Below, piece after piece: positions 48,920 through 58,427 of a stretch of DNA of 64,000 nucleotides (positions within the stretch are counted from its first letter, which is position 1; every line of letters starts with the position of its first letter). This stretch comes from Desulfomonilia bacterium (GTDB lineage Bacteria; Desulfobacterota; Desulfomonilia; UBA1062), in assembly GCA_963664325.2 (NCBI GenBank), contig CAXXDQ010000006.1, positions 32,001 to 96,000 on the forward strand, read 5' to 3'. The notes under the pieces are model-generated. The model saw only the letters and a program-made list of their open reading frames with translations, did not search any database and was not told where the DNA came from. The translations under genes and the position numbers were made by a program.

Positions 48920-50251
48920 ATGAAACGTATTATGATAGCAAACAGGGGAGAAGTCGCCCTGAGGATAATCAGAACGGCCCGGGAACTAGGGCTTGAGACC
49001 ATTGCAATATTTTCCGAAGCGGACAGAAACATGGACTATCTGAACCTGGCGGATGAGCGGGTTCAGATTGGTCCTGCCCATCCGGCAAAAAGTTATCTGA
49101 ACATGGATGCCATAATGGCTGCCGCCATAACCTGGAAGGCGAATGCAATTCATCCGGGTTACGGGTTTTTATCCGAGAATCCTATTTTTGCCGCAAAATG
49201 CGAGGAAAACGGAATAGTCTTTATTGGTCCGTCAAGCACTGTTTTAAGGACAATCGGGAATAAGTCCAGGACAAAGGAAGTTGCTTTTTCACTTGGTATC
49301 CCGACTATCCCGGGCTCGGGCGGGTTTGCCACAACTGTCGAACAGGCCGTATTCATGGCGAAGGATACCGGGTATCCTGTAATTTTAAAATCCCTGTACG
49401 GCGGCGGCGGCAGGGGTATGAAGGTTGCGAACGACGAGGACCAGCTCAAACAGCATTTTGATAATGTCAGCAGCGAGGCCAATGCCGCCTTTGGAAGAAG
49501 CGAAATCTATATTGAACGGTACATTGACTGTCCGAGACACCTGGAGGTCCAGGTTGCATCAGATTCTCACGGGCATATCCGCATTCTCGGAGACAGGGAA
49601 TGCTCGATACAAAGAAGGCATCAGAAAATTATCGAGGAAGGGCCTATCCCGTTTATTGAAGAGAGCACAAGAAAAGACCTGTGGTGCTGGTCAAAAAAAA
49701 TAATGGCAGCGCTTGAATTCGAGGGGCTCGGGACAGTAGAGTTTCTGATGGACAAGGATGGCAATTCATATTTCCTGGAAATAAACGGCAGGCTTCAGGT
49801 GGAGCATCCGGTGACGGAAATGCTTACCGGACTGGATATTGTGAGGGAGCAGATACTTATATCCGTAGGATCAATGATTTCTGAAGACCCTCCGGTCCAG
49901 ACAGGCCATGCAATAGAATGCAGGCTGAATTCGGAAAATCCGGCTTTGAATTTTATTCCGACAACAGGCACGATAAACAGGATGAGGCTTCCCGGCGGAC
50001 CGGGTGCAAGGGTGGATACGCATATCTACAGGGGCTGTGAGATAAGCCAGTTCTATGATTCCCTGCTGGCAAAGATTATTGCCCATAACTCGAACAGAAA
50101 GGGCGCCCTTGCGAAAATGATGAGGATGCTGGAGGAGACATACATTGAAGGCATAAAAACCAATAAGGATCTCCTGTTGAAACTTGTTACGAACGTAAAA
50201 TTCCAGGAAGGAGGAGGCGATACTTCATTAGTCAAGGAAGTATTGTCCTGA
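48920..50251 (+). CDS. accC: Biotin carboxylase
   Basis: ANRGEVA, HPGYGFLSEN, GGGGRGM, RECSIQRRHQK, RLQVEHPVTE, YDSLLAK. Confidence 0.9.
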   Translation: MKRIMIANRGEVALRIIRTARELGLETIAIFSEADRNMDYLNLADERVQIGPAHPAKSYLNMDAIMAAAITWKANAIHPGYGFLSENPIFAAKCEENGIVFIGPSSTVLRTIGNKSRTKEVAFSLGIPTIPGSGGFATTVEQAVFMAKDTGYPVILKSLYGGGGRGMKVANDEDQLKQHFDNVSSEANAAFGRSEIYIERYIDCPRHLEVQVASDSHGHIRILGDRECSIQRRHQKIIEEGPIPFIEESTRKDLWCWSKKIMAALEFEGLGTVEFLMDKDGNSYFLEINGRLQVEHPVTEMLTGLDIVREQILISVGSMISEDPPVQTGHAIECRLNSENPALNFIPTTGTINRMRLPGGPGARVDTHIYRGCEISQFYDSLLAKIIAHNSNRKGALAKMMRMLEETYIEGIKTNKDLLLKLVTNVKFQEGGGDTSLVKEVLS

Positions 50252-50266
50252 TAAAAAGATTGTTTT

Positions 50267-51430
50267 ATGCATCCTGAAAGAGTCCTTACTACTGTCTGCT
50301 GCATCACTTTTGTAGTCATGCTCGGTATCGGGATTGTCATACCTCTGCTGCCTTCATATGCCCAGAACATGGGCGCAACCGCAACTGAAATAGGCCTGAT
50401 ATTTTCAAGCTTCGCACTTGCCAGGGCCGTATCGACCCCCTTTGCAGGGGCGATTGCCGACAGGATGAATATGAAACCCATGATGCTTTTAGGTCTTATC
50501 ACCTATACGATGCTTTCATTCACATATGTCATTGCGACCAGGCCTTATCATCTTGTAGCTATAAGGGCGCTGCACGGCATGGCTTCGGCGTTTGTCATAC
50601 CCCTGGCGCTCACATATGCGGCCAACATTTCCCGTGAAGGGGAAGAAGGCCTTTTTATGGGCTCAATCAATATGGCGCTGTTCTTCGGCATGGGAGCCGG
50701 CCCTCTCATAGGAGGGTTCATCACTGACAGGCTGGGATTGAATGCGGCTTTTTATTGCCTTTCGGGACTGTCAGGCCTGGCAATGATTACCGCCGTATTT
50801 TTTCTCCCTTCAATGCGCAAATTTTACTCAAAGGAAAAACCGGCCGTGTTTTCCGGGATATTGAAAAACCCGGTCATGCTGGGCCTGCTTCTATTCAGGA
50901 TAATCAACGCGCTTGGTAGCGGCAGCCTGATGGTTTTTGTTCCTTTGCTTGCCCGAGGTTACGGATTGACATCCACCATGATCGGGATGCTGATTTCTGC
51001 GAACATTTTCCTCACCGGAATTCTTCAGAGGCCTATAGGCAGGGTATCAAAAAAAGAAAACAGTCTTTTCATGATCATCTCCGGATCGGTCATAAGCGCG
51101 GTGACCCTGGCGTGTCTGCCGTTCGGGAAAGGGATTGTAGTCTACTTCATTCTAAGCTGTGTAATGGGATTCGGGAGCGCCGTTTCCATGCCGGCGGCGT
51201 CCATTCTTATGATTGAGCACGGGAAACAGGCCGGCATGTCAACGACTATGGGGATATTCGATACTGCAATGAGCGTGGGGATGATAGCAGGGCCTCTTTT
51301 TTCAGGTGTAGTCATGGATTATATGGGAATCGCCTGGGTGTTTTATGCGGGCGGCATAATCTGTCTGGCCGGTACGGCTGTTTTCTGGCTTCTTGCTAGG
51401 ACAGGTAACGCGCAAGCTCATCCCTGCTGA
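50267..51430 (+). CDS. MFS transporter (DHA1/TetA-like)
   Basis: About 12 hydrophobic segments, GAIADRM motif A, GPLIGG. Confidence 0.88.
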   Translation: MHPERVLTTVCCITFVVMLGIGIVIPLLPSYAQNMGATATEIGLIFSSFALARAVSTPFAGAIADRMNMKPMMLLGLITYTMLSFTYVIATRPYHLVAIRALHGMASAFVIPLALTYAANISREGEEGLFMGSINMALFFGMGAGPLIGGFITDRLGLNAAFYCLSGLSGLAMITAVFFLPSMRKFYSKEKPAVFSGILKNPVMLGLLLFRIINALGSGSLMVFVPLLARGYGLTSTMIGMLISANIFLTGILQRPIGRVSKKENSLFMIISGSVISAVTLACLPFGKGIVVYFILSCVMGFGSAVSMPAASILMIEHGKQAGMSTTMGIFDTAMSVGMIAGPLFSGVVMDYMGIAWVFYAGGIICLAGTAVFWLLARTGNAQAHPC

Positions 51431-52403
51431 ACTCGGGCAGGGGTTCTCTTTTCCCGTTTCTGATGAGGACAAGTCCCGATTCAGTTACATGTCCGATAAT
51501 GGTACCTTTTATCCCTTCGGCCTGCCATGCCTCGATTATACTTTTCGCATTTTCATCGGGACAGCATGCCAGGAGAGAGCCTGATGCTATTGCCCCCAAA
51601 GGATCTATGCCGAGTCTTTCGAGCATATCCCTGGCAAGGCCGAGGACCGGGATACTGTCCATGTCGGCTTCAACACCGCAGCGGGAGGCCTTGGCAAGCT
51701 CCATCAGGCCTGTTGCCAGTCCGCCTTCGGTTGGATCATGCAGGGCGGTGGCTCCCAGTCCTGCTGCGATAACGGCTTCCTTCATAATGCTTATGCCTGG
51801 ATCATGAATCAGGTTTCTTGCCGTGTTCAGCGTTTCTTCATCAAGGCCAAGCTTTTCAGGCATCTGCCGGGCGATTATCGATACCGCTTCAATCGGGATT
51901 GACTTTGATAAGAGGATTGCATCGCCATTTTTTGCATTTGATGCCCCCAGAGGTTCTCTTTCGAGCGTTCCGATCATGAATCCGGCTGCAATCGGCCTGT
52001 TAAGGCCGTGGGTTATTTCGGTATGGCCGCCGAGCAGTATGATGTTCATGGATTTGCAGACGTTTATCAGTTCTTCAAACAGGCTTTCAACATCGGCTGT
52101 CATTATACCTTCCGGAAGCAGGATTGTCACAAGAAGGTATCTGGGTGTTCCTCCCATGCAGGCTATATCGTTTGAATTTACGGTGATCAGATACCGGAAA
52201 ATATCCTCGCTCAGGAAGGTGATGGGATCGGTTTTGAAGACCAGTCTGTGGCCGCCGAAATCAACAACCGCAGCATCCTCACCAATGCCGGAACCTGCAA
52301 TTATGTCAGGACCGTATGCCGGAATGGATTTTAAAAGCCTTTCAAGAAGTGGTGCGGGCAGTTTTCCGAGCGGAAGTCCGTGTTCCCGGTCCTTCATACC
52401 CAT
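51396..52403 (-). CDS. AIR synthase-related (PurM/HypE/ThiL superfamily) protein
   Basis: GKLP, GIGEDAAV, TDPI, NDIA, GGHTE, HDPTEGG. Confidence 0.85.
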   Translation of the reverse strand: MGMKDREHGLPLGKLPAPLLERLLKSIPAYGPDIIAGSGIGEDAAVVDFGGHRLVFKTDPITFLSEDIFRYLITVNSNDIACMGGTPRYLLVTILLPEGIMTADVESLFEELINVCKSMNIILLGGHTEITHGLNRPIAAGFMIGTLEREPLGASNAKNGDAILLSKSIPIEAVSIIARQMPEKLGLDEETLNTARNLIHDPGISIMKEAVIAAGLGATALHDPTEGGLATGLMELAKASRCGVEADMDSIPVLGLARDMLERLGIDPLGAIASGSLLACCPDENAKSIIEAWQAEGIKGTIIGHVTESGLVLIRNGKREPLPEFSRDELARYLS

Positions 52404-53164
52404 CAGCCCTCGATATAGGCATAGGCATTGTGGTTGTGGATGCTTTCCATGTTCTCGGCCTCGACTGAAAACCAGTCAAACTCAGGTCTCTTTGACAGCT
52501 CAGCGGCCGCCTGCCTGACGACATCCTCAACAAACATGGGGTTTTCGTAGGCATATTCGGTAAGATATTTTTCATCGGGCCTTTTTAAAACGGAATAGAC
52601 AGGGCTCGATCCGCATTTTTCAATGAGTTCGATCAGGTCTTCCATCCAGAAAAACCTGTTGTATCTGACAACTGCACGGATAATTCCGCGCTGGGAATGA
52701 GCGCTGTTTACGCTGATCTCTTTTGAACAGGGGCAAAGAGTCTGAACCGGCACCTTGACTCCAACACGGAAATCCCTGGTTTCACCCACTGACCCGATGA
52801 GGGAACATTGATATCCCATGAGACCCTGGACTTTGCTGATCGGGGCCTCTTTCTCGATGAAATAGGGAAACTCGATTTCCATGTGCGCGCTCTTGGCTTC
52901 AAGTGCGGACCTTATCTCGAGGAGTATATGCTCAAACCTGTTGATGTGTATCTCTTCGTGATATTCGTTCAGCACTTCGATAAACCTGCTCATATGGGTA
53001 CCCTTAAATTCTACGGGCAGGTCCACATAAAGGTTTATCGAGGCGACAGTATGCTGGGTGCCCCGTTTCCTGTCTTTGACAACAATCGGATAACTGATGT
53101 CTTTAACGCCGACTTTATGGATGTAAAGCGGGTTTTCAGGCTTCTGCTTCTGGATGTCTTTCAT
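52403..53164 (-). CDS. folE2: GTP cyclohydrolase I type 2
   Basis: KGTHMSRF, CPCSKEIS, AHSQR, KRPDEK, NPMFVED, ESIHNHNAYA. Confidence 0.95.
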   Translation of the reverse strand: MKDIQKQKPENPLYIHKVGVKDISYPIVVKDRKRGTQHTVASINLYVDLPVEFKGTHMSRFIEVLNEYHEEIHINRFEHILLEIRSALEAKSAHMEIEFPYFIEKEAPISKVQGLMGYQCSLIGSVGETRDFRVGVKVPVQTLCPCSKEISVNSAHSQRGIIRAVVRYNRFFWMEDLIELIEKCGSSPVYSVLKRPDEKYLTEYAYENPMFVEDVVRQAAAELSKRPEFDWFSVEAENMESIHNHNAYAYIEG

Positions 53165-53166
53165 GG

Positions 53167-53535
53167 TTAGCCTTCGCTGAACACTGCCGAGCAGCTCTCA
53201 TTTTCCCAGACCTCGACTTCCAGGAGTCTTGCCGGTTCTTTTATCCTGGATTTCAGCTTCAAAAATATATGTTTTGCGATGTTTTCTGCAGATGGATTAT
53301 CTGATGTGAATTCCTGCAAATCATTCAAGAGTCTGTGATCCAGAGGATTGAGGCAATCTTTCAGGGCCTGCTTTACGTCCCTGAAATCGGCAAGTATCCC
53401 GATTTCATTCAGATCGTCTGAACAGATGGCGACCTCAATTTTGTAATTATGACCGTGAAGCCTTTCGCAGTCCCCATGATAACCCCTGAGCATATGCGCT
53501 GAACTGAAACTGTCTCTGATTCGTATTTTGAACAT
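53167..53535 (-). CDS. queD: 6-carboxytetrahydropterin synthase
   Basis: FSSAH.L..Y.G.CERLHGHNY, DH..LND, PSAENIA, VWE. Confidence 0.92.
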   Translation of the reverse strand: MFKIRIRDSFSSAHMLRGYHGDCERLHGHNYKIEVAICSDDLNEIGILADFRDVKQALKDCLNPLDHRLLNDLQEFTSDNPSAENIAKHIFLKLKSRIKEPARLLEVEVWENESCSAVFSEG

Positions 53536-53706
53536 GGTTTTCTCATAATATAAGCATTTTGTTTGTGCAATCCCAATAAAATGCAAGAGGTGAGCTGTGA
53601 GTGGTGAGTGATCAGAAAACATAACGGGAATCAACAATCTTGTATGCCGGATGTTTTTGGTATATCGCGATATTATAATCCATTTTAAAGGGGCGTTGAA
53701 AGGCTC

Positions 53707-54651
53707 ATGCCGTCACTTGATTTTCCGGATACGCATTTATTGAGACAGCTCGCCGGGGACAGTTGCAGTCACCTGAAGATTATCGAAGACAACACCGGTG
53801 CAAGGTGTTCGCTGAAGGGTACGACAATAGAGCTTTCGGGTGAAAAGCATGAAGTTGAGCTTGCCAGGCATGTACTTAATGACCTTTACAAAATCCTGCA
53901 GGAAGGATTGCCACTTTATCCGTCGGACATTTTTTATGCGGTGAGGATGCTGTCAAAAAACAGGAATCTGGACCTCAAGGATGTTTTCCTGGATTCTATT
54001 TATATCTCGTCGTCCAAAAAAGTTATAATACCAAAAAGTCTGCAGCAGAAGCTTTATATAGATTCCATCAGGGAAAACGACATCGTGTTCGGAATAGGCC
54101 CTGCAGGAACCGGCAAGACATACCTGGCCATGGCCATGGCCATTACTTTTCTGCTTAAGAAAAAAGTAGAACGGATTGTTCTAACAAGGCCTGCAGTGGA
54201 AGCCGGGGAAAGGCTGGGATTTCTGCCCGGCGATCTTGAACAGAAGGTGAATCCCTACCTGAGGCCTCTATATGACGCCCTTTACGACATGCTTGATCAT
54301 GATTATGTATTAAAGCTGCTCTCCCGTGACTCTATTGAAGTCGCCCCTCTTGCATTCATGCGGGGACGTACGCTCAATGATGCATTTATAATACTTGACG
54401 AGGCACAGAACACTACATCGGAACAGATGAAGATGTTTCTGACGCGGCTGGGGTTTAATTCAAAAGCTGTAATTACAGGAGACATCACCCAGACCGACCT
54501 GCCTTCGACAACGAGGTCAGGGTTGATTGAGGCGTCCGGCATATTGAAAAACATAAAGGATATAAGTTTTATCTATTTCAGTGAAGACGACGTGGTAAGG
54601 CACAAGCTGGTTTCAAAGATTATCAGGGCATATGAGAGGGCGAACGCATGA
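53707..54651 (+). CDS. phoH: PhoH-like ATPase
   Basis: GPAGTGKTYLA, RPAVEAGE.LGFLPG, RGRTL, DEAQN, VVRH. Confidence 0.95.
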   Translation: MPSLDFPDTHLLRQLAGDSCSHLKIIEDNTGARCSLKGTTIELSGEKHEVELARHVLNDLYKILQEGLPLYPSDIFYAVRMLSKNRNLDLKDVFLDSIYISSSKKVIIPKSLQQKLYIDSIRENDIVFGIGPAGTGKTYLAMAMAITFLLKKKVERIVLTRPAVEAGERLGFLPGDLEQKVNPYLRPLYDALYDMLDHDYVLKLLSRDSIEVAPLAFMRGRTLNDAFIILDEAQNTTSEQMKMFLTRLGFNSKAVITGDITQTDLPSTTRSGLIEASGILKNIKDISFIYFSEDDVVRHKLVSKIIRAYERANA

Positions 54652-55094
54652 ATATAATCGATGTGCAGAATATACAGGAGAATCTGGCAATCGATACGGA
54701 TATCGTAAAAAAGAACACCAACAGGGTGTTGAAGATTCTGGGCAGGAAAGATTGCGAGCTGTCCCTTCTTTTATGTGATGACCGGTATATAAAAAGGCTG
54801 AACAAGCAATATCTTGGAAAAGACAGGCCTACCAATGTGATATCCTTTCCCCAGCAGGAAGGGGAGGGCATCAGCGGTTACCACCTGGGAGACATAGTAA
54901 TTTCTGCACAGAGAGCCTCTGCCGAGGCTGAGAATTCAGGCATTTCGTTTGAGGAGAGACTGCTTCAGCTTCTTGTCCACGGCATATGCCATCTGGTTGG
55001 GTATAATCATGAAAATGTAGATGCCGAGATGGCTTGTCGGATGGAAAAAAAAGAACGGGAATTGCTTGAAAAGCTTGGAGAAAAGCCGGTTTAG
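54648..55094 (+). CDS. ybeY: rRNA maturation endoribonuclease YbeY
   Basis: PTNVISF, LGDIVIS, HGICHLVGYNH. Confidence 0.95.
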   Translation: MNIIDVQNIQENLAIDTDIVKKNTNRVLKILGRKDCELSLLLCDDRYIKRLNKQYLGKDRPTNVISFPQQEGEGISGYHLGDIVISAQRASAEAENSGISFEERLLQLLVHGICHLVGYNHENVDAEMACRMEKKERELLEKLGEKPV

Positions 55095-55160
55095 AAGGTT
55101 GCAAACATATTGGAAAAAACGCTTGCCATGCCTACCTCGCTTTGCTATAGGGCAGATTCA

Positions 55161-55238
<78 letters not shown>

Positions 55239-55249
55239 GAGTTGGATTT

Positions 55250-55323
<74 letters not shown>

Positions 55324-55347
55324 TTAAACAGCGAATATACGGATTAC

Positions 55348-55424
55348 GGTGAGTGTAGCTCAGTTGGTAGAGCACAGGATTGTGGCTCCTGTGGCCGTGG
55401 GTTCGAGCCCCATCACTCACCCCA
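55348..55424 (+). tRNA. tRNA-His(GUG)
   Basis: G-1 plus GTGAGTG/CACTCAC acceptor, CAGGA-TT-GTG-GC-TCCTG, ends CCCA. Confidence 0.95.
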
Positions 55425-55438
55425 GAGTGAATAAGTGG

Positions 55439-55515
55439 GCGCCCGTAGCTCAGTTGGATAGAGCGTCGGACTTCGAATCCGCAGGTCGGGCGTTCGAGTC
55501 GCCCCGGGCGTACCA
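55439..55515 (+). tRNA. tRNA-Arg(UCG)
   Basis: GCGCCCG/CGGGCGT-ACCA acceptor, CGGA-CT-TCG-AA-TCCG anticodon arm. Confidence 0.92.
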
Positions 55516-55530
55516 GGCAGTAAAGGTTTC

Positions 55531-55605
55531 GGGTCATTAGCTCAATGGTAGAGCAGCGGACTCTTAATCCGGAGGTTGAAGGTTCGAGTCCTTCATGACC
55601 CACCA
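55531..55605 (+). tRNA. tRNA-Lys(CUU)
   Basis: GGGTCAT/ATGACCC-ACCA acceptor, CGGA-CT-CTT-AA-TCCG. Confidence 0.93.
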
Positions 55606-55613
55606 ATTTTATC

Positions 55614-55648
55614 AAAGGGTTGCAGTTGTTGAAGCTGCAGCCCTTTTT
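55614..55648 (+). terminator. Rho-independent terminator of tRNA cluster
   Basis: AAAGGGTTGCAG...CTGCAGCCCTTTTT. Confidence 0.8.
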
Positions 55649-56039
55649 CTTTAGTTTCCTGCCTGTTCTATTCCAACTTTTTTAAAGAGGCGTCTTAGGA
55701 GCGGATCGATCAGATAAGGTGCTCTATGTTCGGAAAAGAATATAGATGGTATTAATCTCATGCTTTGATCATCTCCAGTAAGAAAATGTTTTTCGTACTC
55801 CCAGGGTCTTTTCTTATTTCGGGCCGTAAGGTTTGGATTTGGCGTTTTCCCTGATTGCACTTGTTTAAAGCATGGCTCGCTTTTAAGGGAGAAGTCATAA
55901 AAGGCGCGACAATGAAATGAATATCCCGGTAATTTTATTTAAAAAAGTTATTGGTAGTTTTATATGTGCAATTGTATAATCGATTAAATCAGGATTAATA
56001 ATGTGGATATCGATCCAAAGTCAAGAAAGGAGATTCTGA

Positions 56040-57005
56040 ATGGGCAAGTGGAAAATACCCCCTGATGGCGGTCATATGGATCTGGCAACAGGCATATATT
56101 TCCAGAATATGACCGGCAGGGAAATCGAACAGAGGCTGAAGACAAACGATCTAATAATCATTCCAGTGGGCAGCACTGAAAATCACGGTCCTCATGCCTG
56201 CGCGGGCGAGGACACGTTCCTGCTTACAAGGATTGCCGAGCAGGTGGCCCTTGCAACAGGCTGTACCGTTGCCCAGCCCGTATGGTACGGGTCGCACCCT
56301 TTCAACCATCTGGGCATGCCCGGCACCATCGTGGTCCCCGAAGAGGATCTGGCGGCATATCTTCGAGCGATGATTGCAGGTTTCTGGAACGCGGGCTTCA
56401 GGAAGCAGATATTCATCAACGGCCATGCGCAGGACTATGTCATACCCATGGCGATTCATCAGTTCGGCAAGAAATACCAGGTGCCTGCAGTGATCGCCTA
56501 TCTTAACTGGTGGTTCTCGATCAGGCCGCACATAAGAGACAAGGCGCACGGCGGACCTTTCGAGACGCCATTCGTGCACGCCGACGAATGCGAGACATCA
56601 TTCTCGCTGGCGCTCTTCCCTGAGATGATAAAGATGAAGGACGCGGTCGATACCAAGGGCGAGATGTACATAAAAGACGGTATCGTCGACAAGTCCGGGC
56701 TTGCCTATGGTTATCCTATGAGATTTTATGATCATATGGGACTGACGGGAATGGAATTGTTATGCACTCCTGAAGGCGTTGTAGGGAAAAGCACGCTCGC
56801 ATCCGCCGAAAAGGCAAAGCCGGGCGTGGAAGCTGCAATGGATTATCTGGAAGACCTGGTCAATGAGATCATGACAAAATTCCCGGTGGGAAAACTTCCT
56901 CCGATCGAAAAGATGACGCAGAGGCCGAAAGAGCAAATCGAATCAGTCATAAAAGGGCCCAGGAAAGGCGGCGCTCATATATACACAATAAGCTACCCGA
57001 CATGA
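56040..57005 (+). CDS. iolN: 3-dehydro-scyllo-inosose hydrolase-like (creatininase family)
   Basis: GSTENHG, GEDT, NGH, HADE.ETS creatininase motifs; N-terminal KWKIPP.GGH...GIYFQNM recalls Thermotoga IolN. Confidence 0.8.
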   Translation: MGKWKIPPDGGHMDLATGIYFQNMTGREIEQRLKTNDLIIIPVGSTENHGPHACAGEDTFLLTRIAEQVALATGCTVAQPVWYGSHPFNHLGMPGTIVVPEEDLAAYLRAMIAGFWNAGFRKQIFINGHAQDYVIPMAIHQFGKKYQVPAVIAYLNWWFSIRPHIRDKAHGGPFETPFVHADECETSFSLALFPEMIKMKDAVDTKGEMYIKDGIVDKSGLAYGYPMRFYDHMGLTGMELLCTPEGVVGKSTLASAEKAKPGVEAAMDYLEDLVNEIMTKFPVGKLPPIEKMTQRPKEQIESVIKGPRKGGAHIYTISYPT

Positions 57006-57195
57006 TTATTCCGCATTGCATTCAAGCGGCCCCATTGTCGGCTTCGTCGGGATGCTCCTCGACAATGGGATCACGAGCTTCCTGTTTGGCTCCTCAAGCC
57101 GAGCGTAGCGTGGGCGAAGAGACATACGTTAACAGTATGCCTGCGTCGCTCCCTCCTAGCCTCCTCGGTGTCATCTTGAATGCAAAGCGAAATTA
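57006..57195. repeat. ERIC/MITE-like palindromic repeat, copy 1, with 60-bp internal insertion
   Basis: Terminal inverted repeats TTCCGCATTGCATTCAAG / CTTGAATGCAAAGCGAAA; homologous to the reverse complement of 61444..61573. Confidence 0.8.
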
Positions 57196-57207
57196 GGAGA
57201 GTAAATT

Positions 57208-58410
57208 ATGGAAATTTTTAAAAAGGGAGAAAAAGATTACGTTGAAGGCAAAACAATTAAAGCTGCTGTCATGGTCGAACCCGGCAGGATGGAGGTTCAG
57301 CAGCTTCCCTGGCCGAAGCTTGAAAGGGGTGCGCTTATTCTTAAGATGCGCATGTCAGGCATATGCGGGACGGACAAGCATGCCTACAGGGGCGGAGAGG
57401 AAAGAATCCTTTACGGCGGCACCGAAGCCGAGCAGGAAATGGCGTATCCGGCGGTTCACGGACATGAAAACGTGGGCGAGATAGTGGAGATGCATCCCGA
57501 AGACAAGAACCTGATAGAATATCACGGCGGAGAGCTCAAGATCGGGGACAGGGTCACGATGTGCCCGAACGTGGTGTGCAGAAACTGCTGGTACTGCAGG
57601 CATATATTCGCATATCCGTTCTGCGCGAAAAACACGACTATCGGTCTTTCTTATCCGAGCAACGTACATCCGTATGTGGCAGGCGGATGGGCCGAGTACA
57701 TGTATGTTCCGAAAGGGGCCTGGGTCTACAAAGTGCCCGAAGGCATGCCTGATGAATTCGGGGCCATGGCCGAGATATTCGTGGTGACCTCGACGCTGGA
57801 CAGGGCCAAGGAGTTCTCAAGAATCGAATCAAGAGGTTTCGGATTTGCCGATACCGTCGTAATCCAGGGCGGCGGCGCCATGGGCCTCATGCACATAGCC
57901 AAGGCGAAGATGCTGGGCGCCGGCAAAATTATACTGGTAGACCCCTCCAAGAAAAAGCTCGAAATAGCAAAGGAGTTCGGCGCTGATTATGGAATCGACA
58001 TAAGCTCCACTACAAAGGAAGAGCGGGTAAAGATTATCAAGGACCTCACGGATGGAAGAGGTGCGGATGTAGTCGTGGAAGTGGTCGGAACGGCGGAATG
58101 CGTGAAGGAAGGCCTCGAGATGACCAGGAGGGGCGGCACCTATATAGAAACGGGAAATTTCGTCGACTGCGGCGAGGTAGCGATCAACATACACAGGGAC
58201 ATTGCGGCGAAGAACGTTCTTCTGATCGGCAACACCAATCATCCCCATACCGGCTATTATCAGCACATGAACATGATGCAGAAATATTCAAAAGAGTATC
58301 CTTTTGAAAAGCTCATAACACACAGGTTCAGGCTGGACGACGCTCAGAAGGCGGTTGAGACCTCTCTTGAAACCGACCCGTTGAAGGTTGTTTTCGACAT
58401 GAGAATGTGA
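57208..58410 (+). CDS. Zn-dependent alcohol/polyol dehydrogenase (MDR; IolM-like position)
   Basis: GICGTD, GHE, CRNCWYC..C structural Zn, GGGAMG. Confidence 0.88.
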   Translation: MEIFKKGEKDYVEGKTIKAAVMVEPGRMEVQQLPWPKLERGALILKMRMSGICGTDKHAYRGGEERILYGGTEAEQEMAYPAVHGHENVGEIVEMHPEDKNLIEYHGGELKIGDRVTMCPNVVCRNCWYCRHIFAYPFCAKNTTIGLSYPSNVHPYVAGGWAEYMYVPKGAWVYKVPEGMPDEFGAMAEIFVVTSTLDRAKEFSRIESRGFGFADTVVIQGGGAMGLMHIAKAKMLGAGKIILVDPSKKKLEIAKEFGADYGIDISSTTKEERVKIIKDLTDGRGADVVVEVVGTAECVKEGLEMTRRGGTYIETGNFVDCGEVAINIHRDIAAKNVLLIGNTNHPHTGYYQHMNMMQKYSKEYPFEKLITHRFRLDDAQKAVETSLETDPLKVVFDMRM

Positions 58411-58427
58411 CGGACTGAGCAAAACTT

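Noticed and set aside
51396-52403. HypE hydrogenase maturation call
   Set aside because: Lacks the C-terminal PRIC motif and no hyp genes are adjacent
55651-55860. 69-aa ORF after tRNA terminator as possible integrase remnant
   Set aside because: No recognisable motif or RBS
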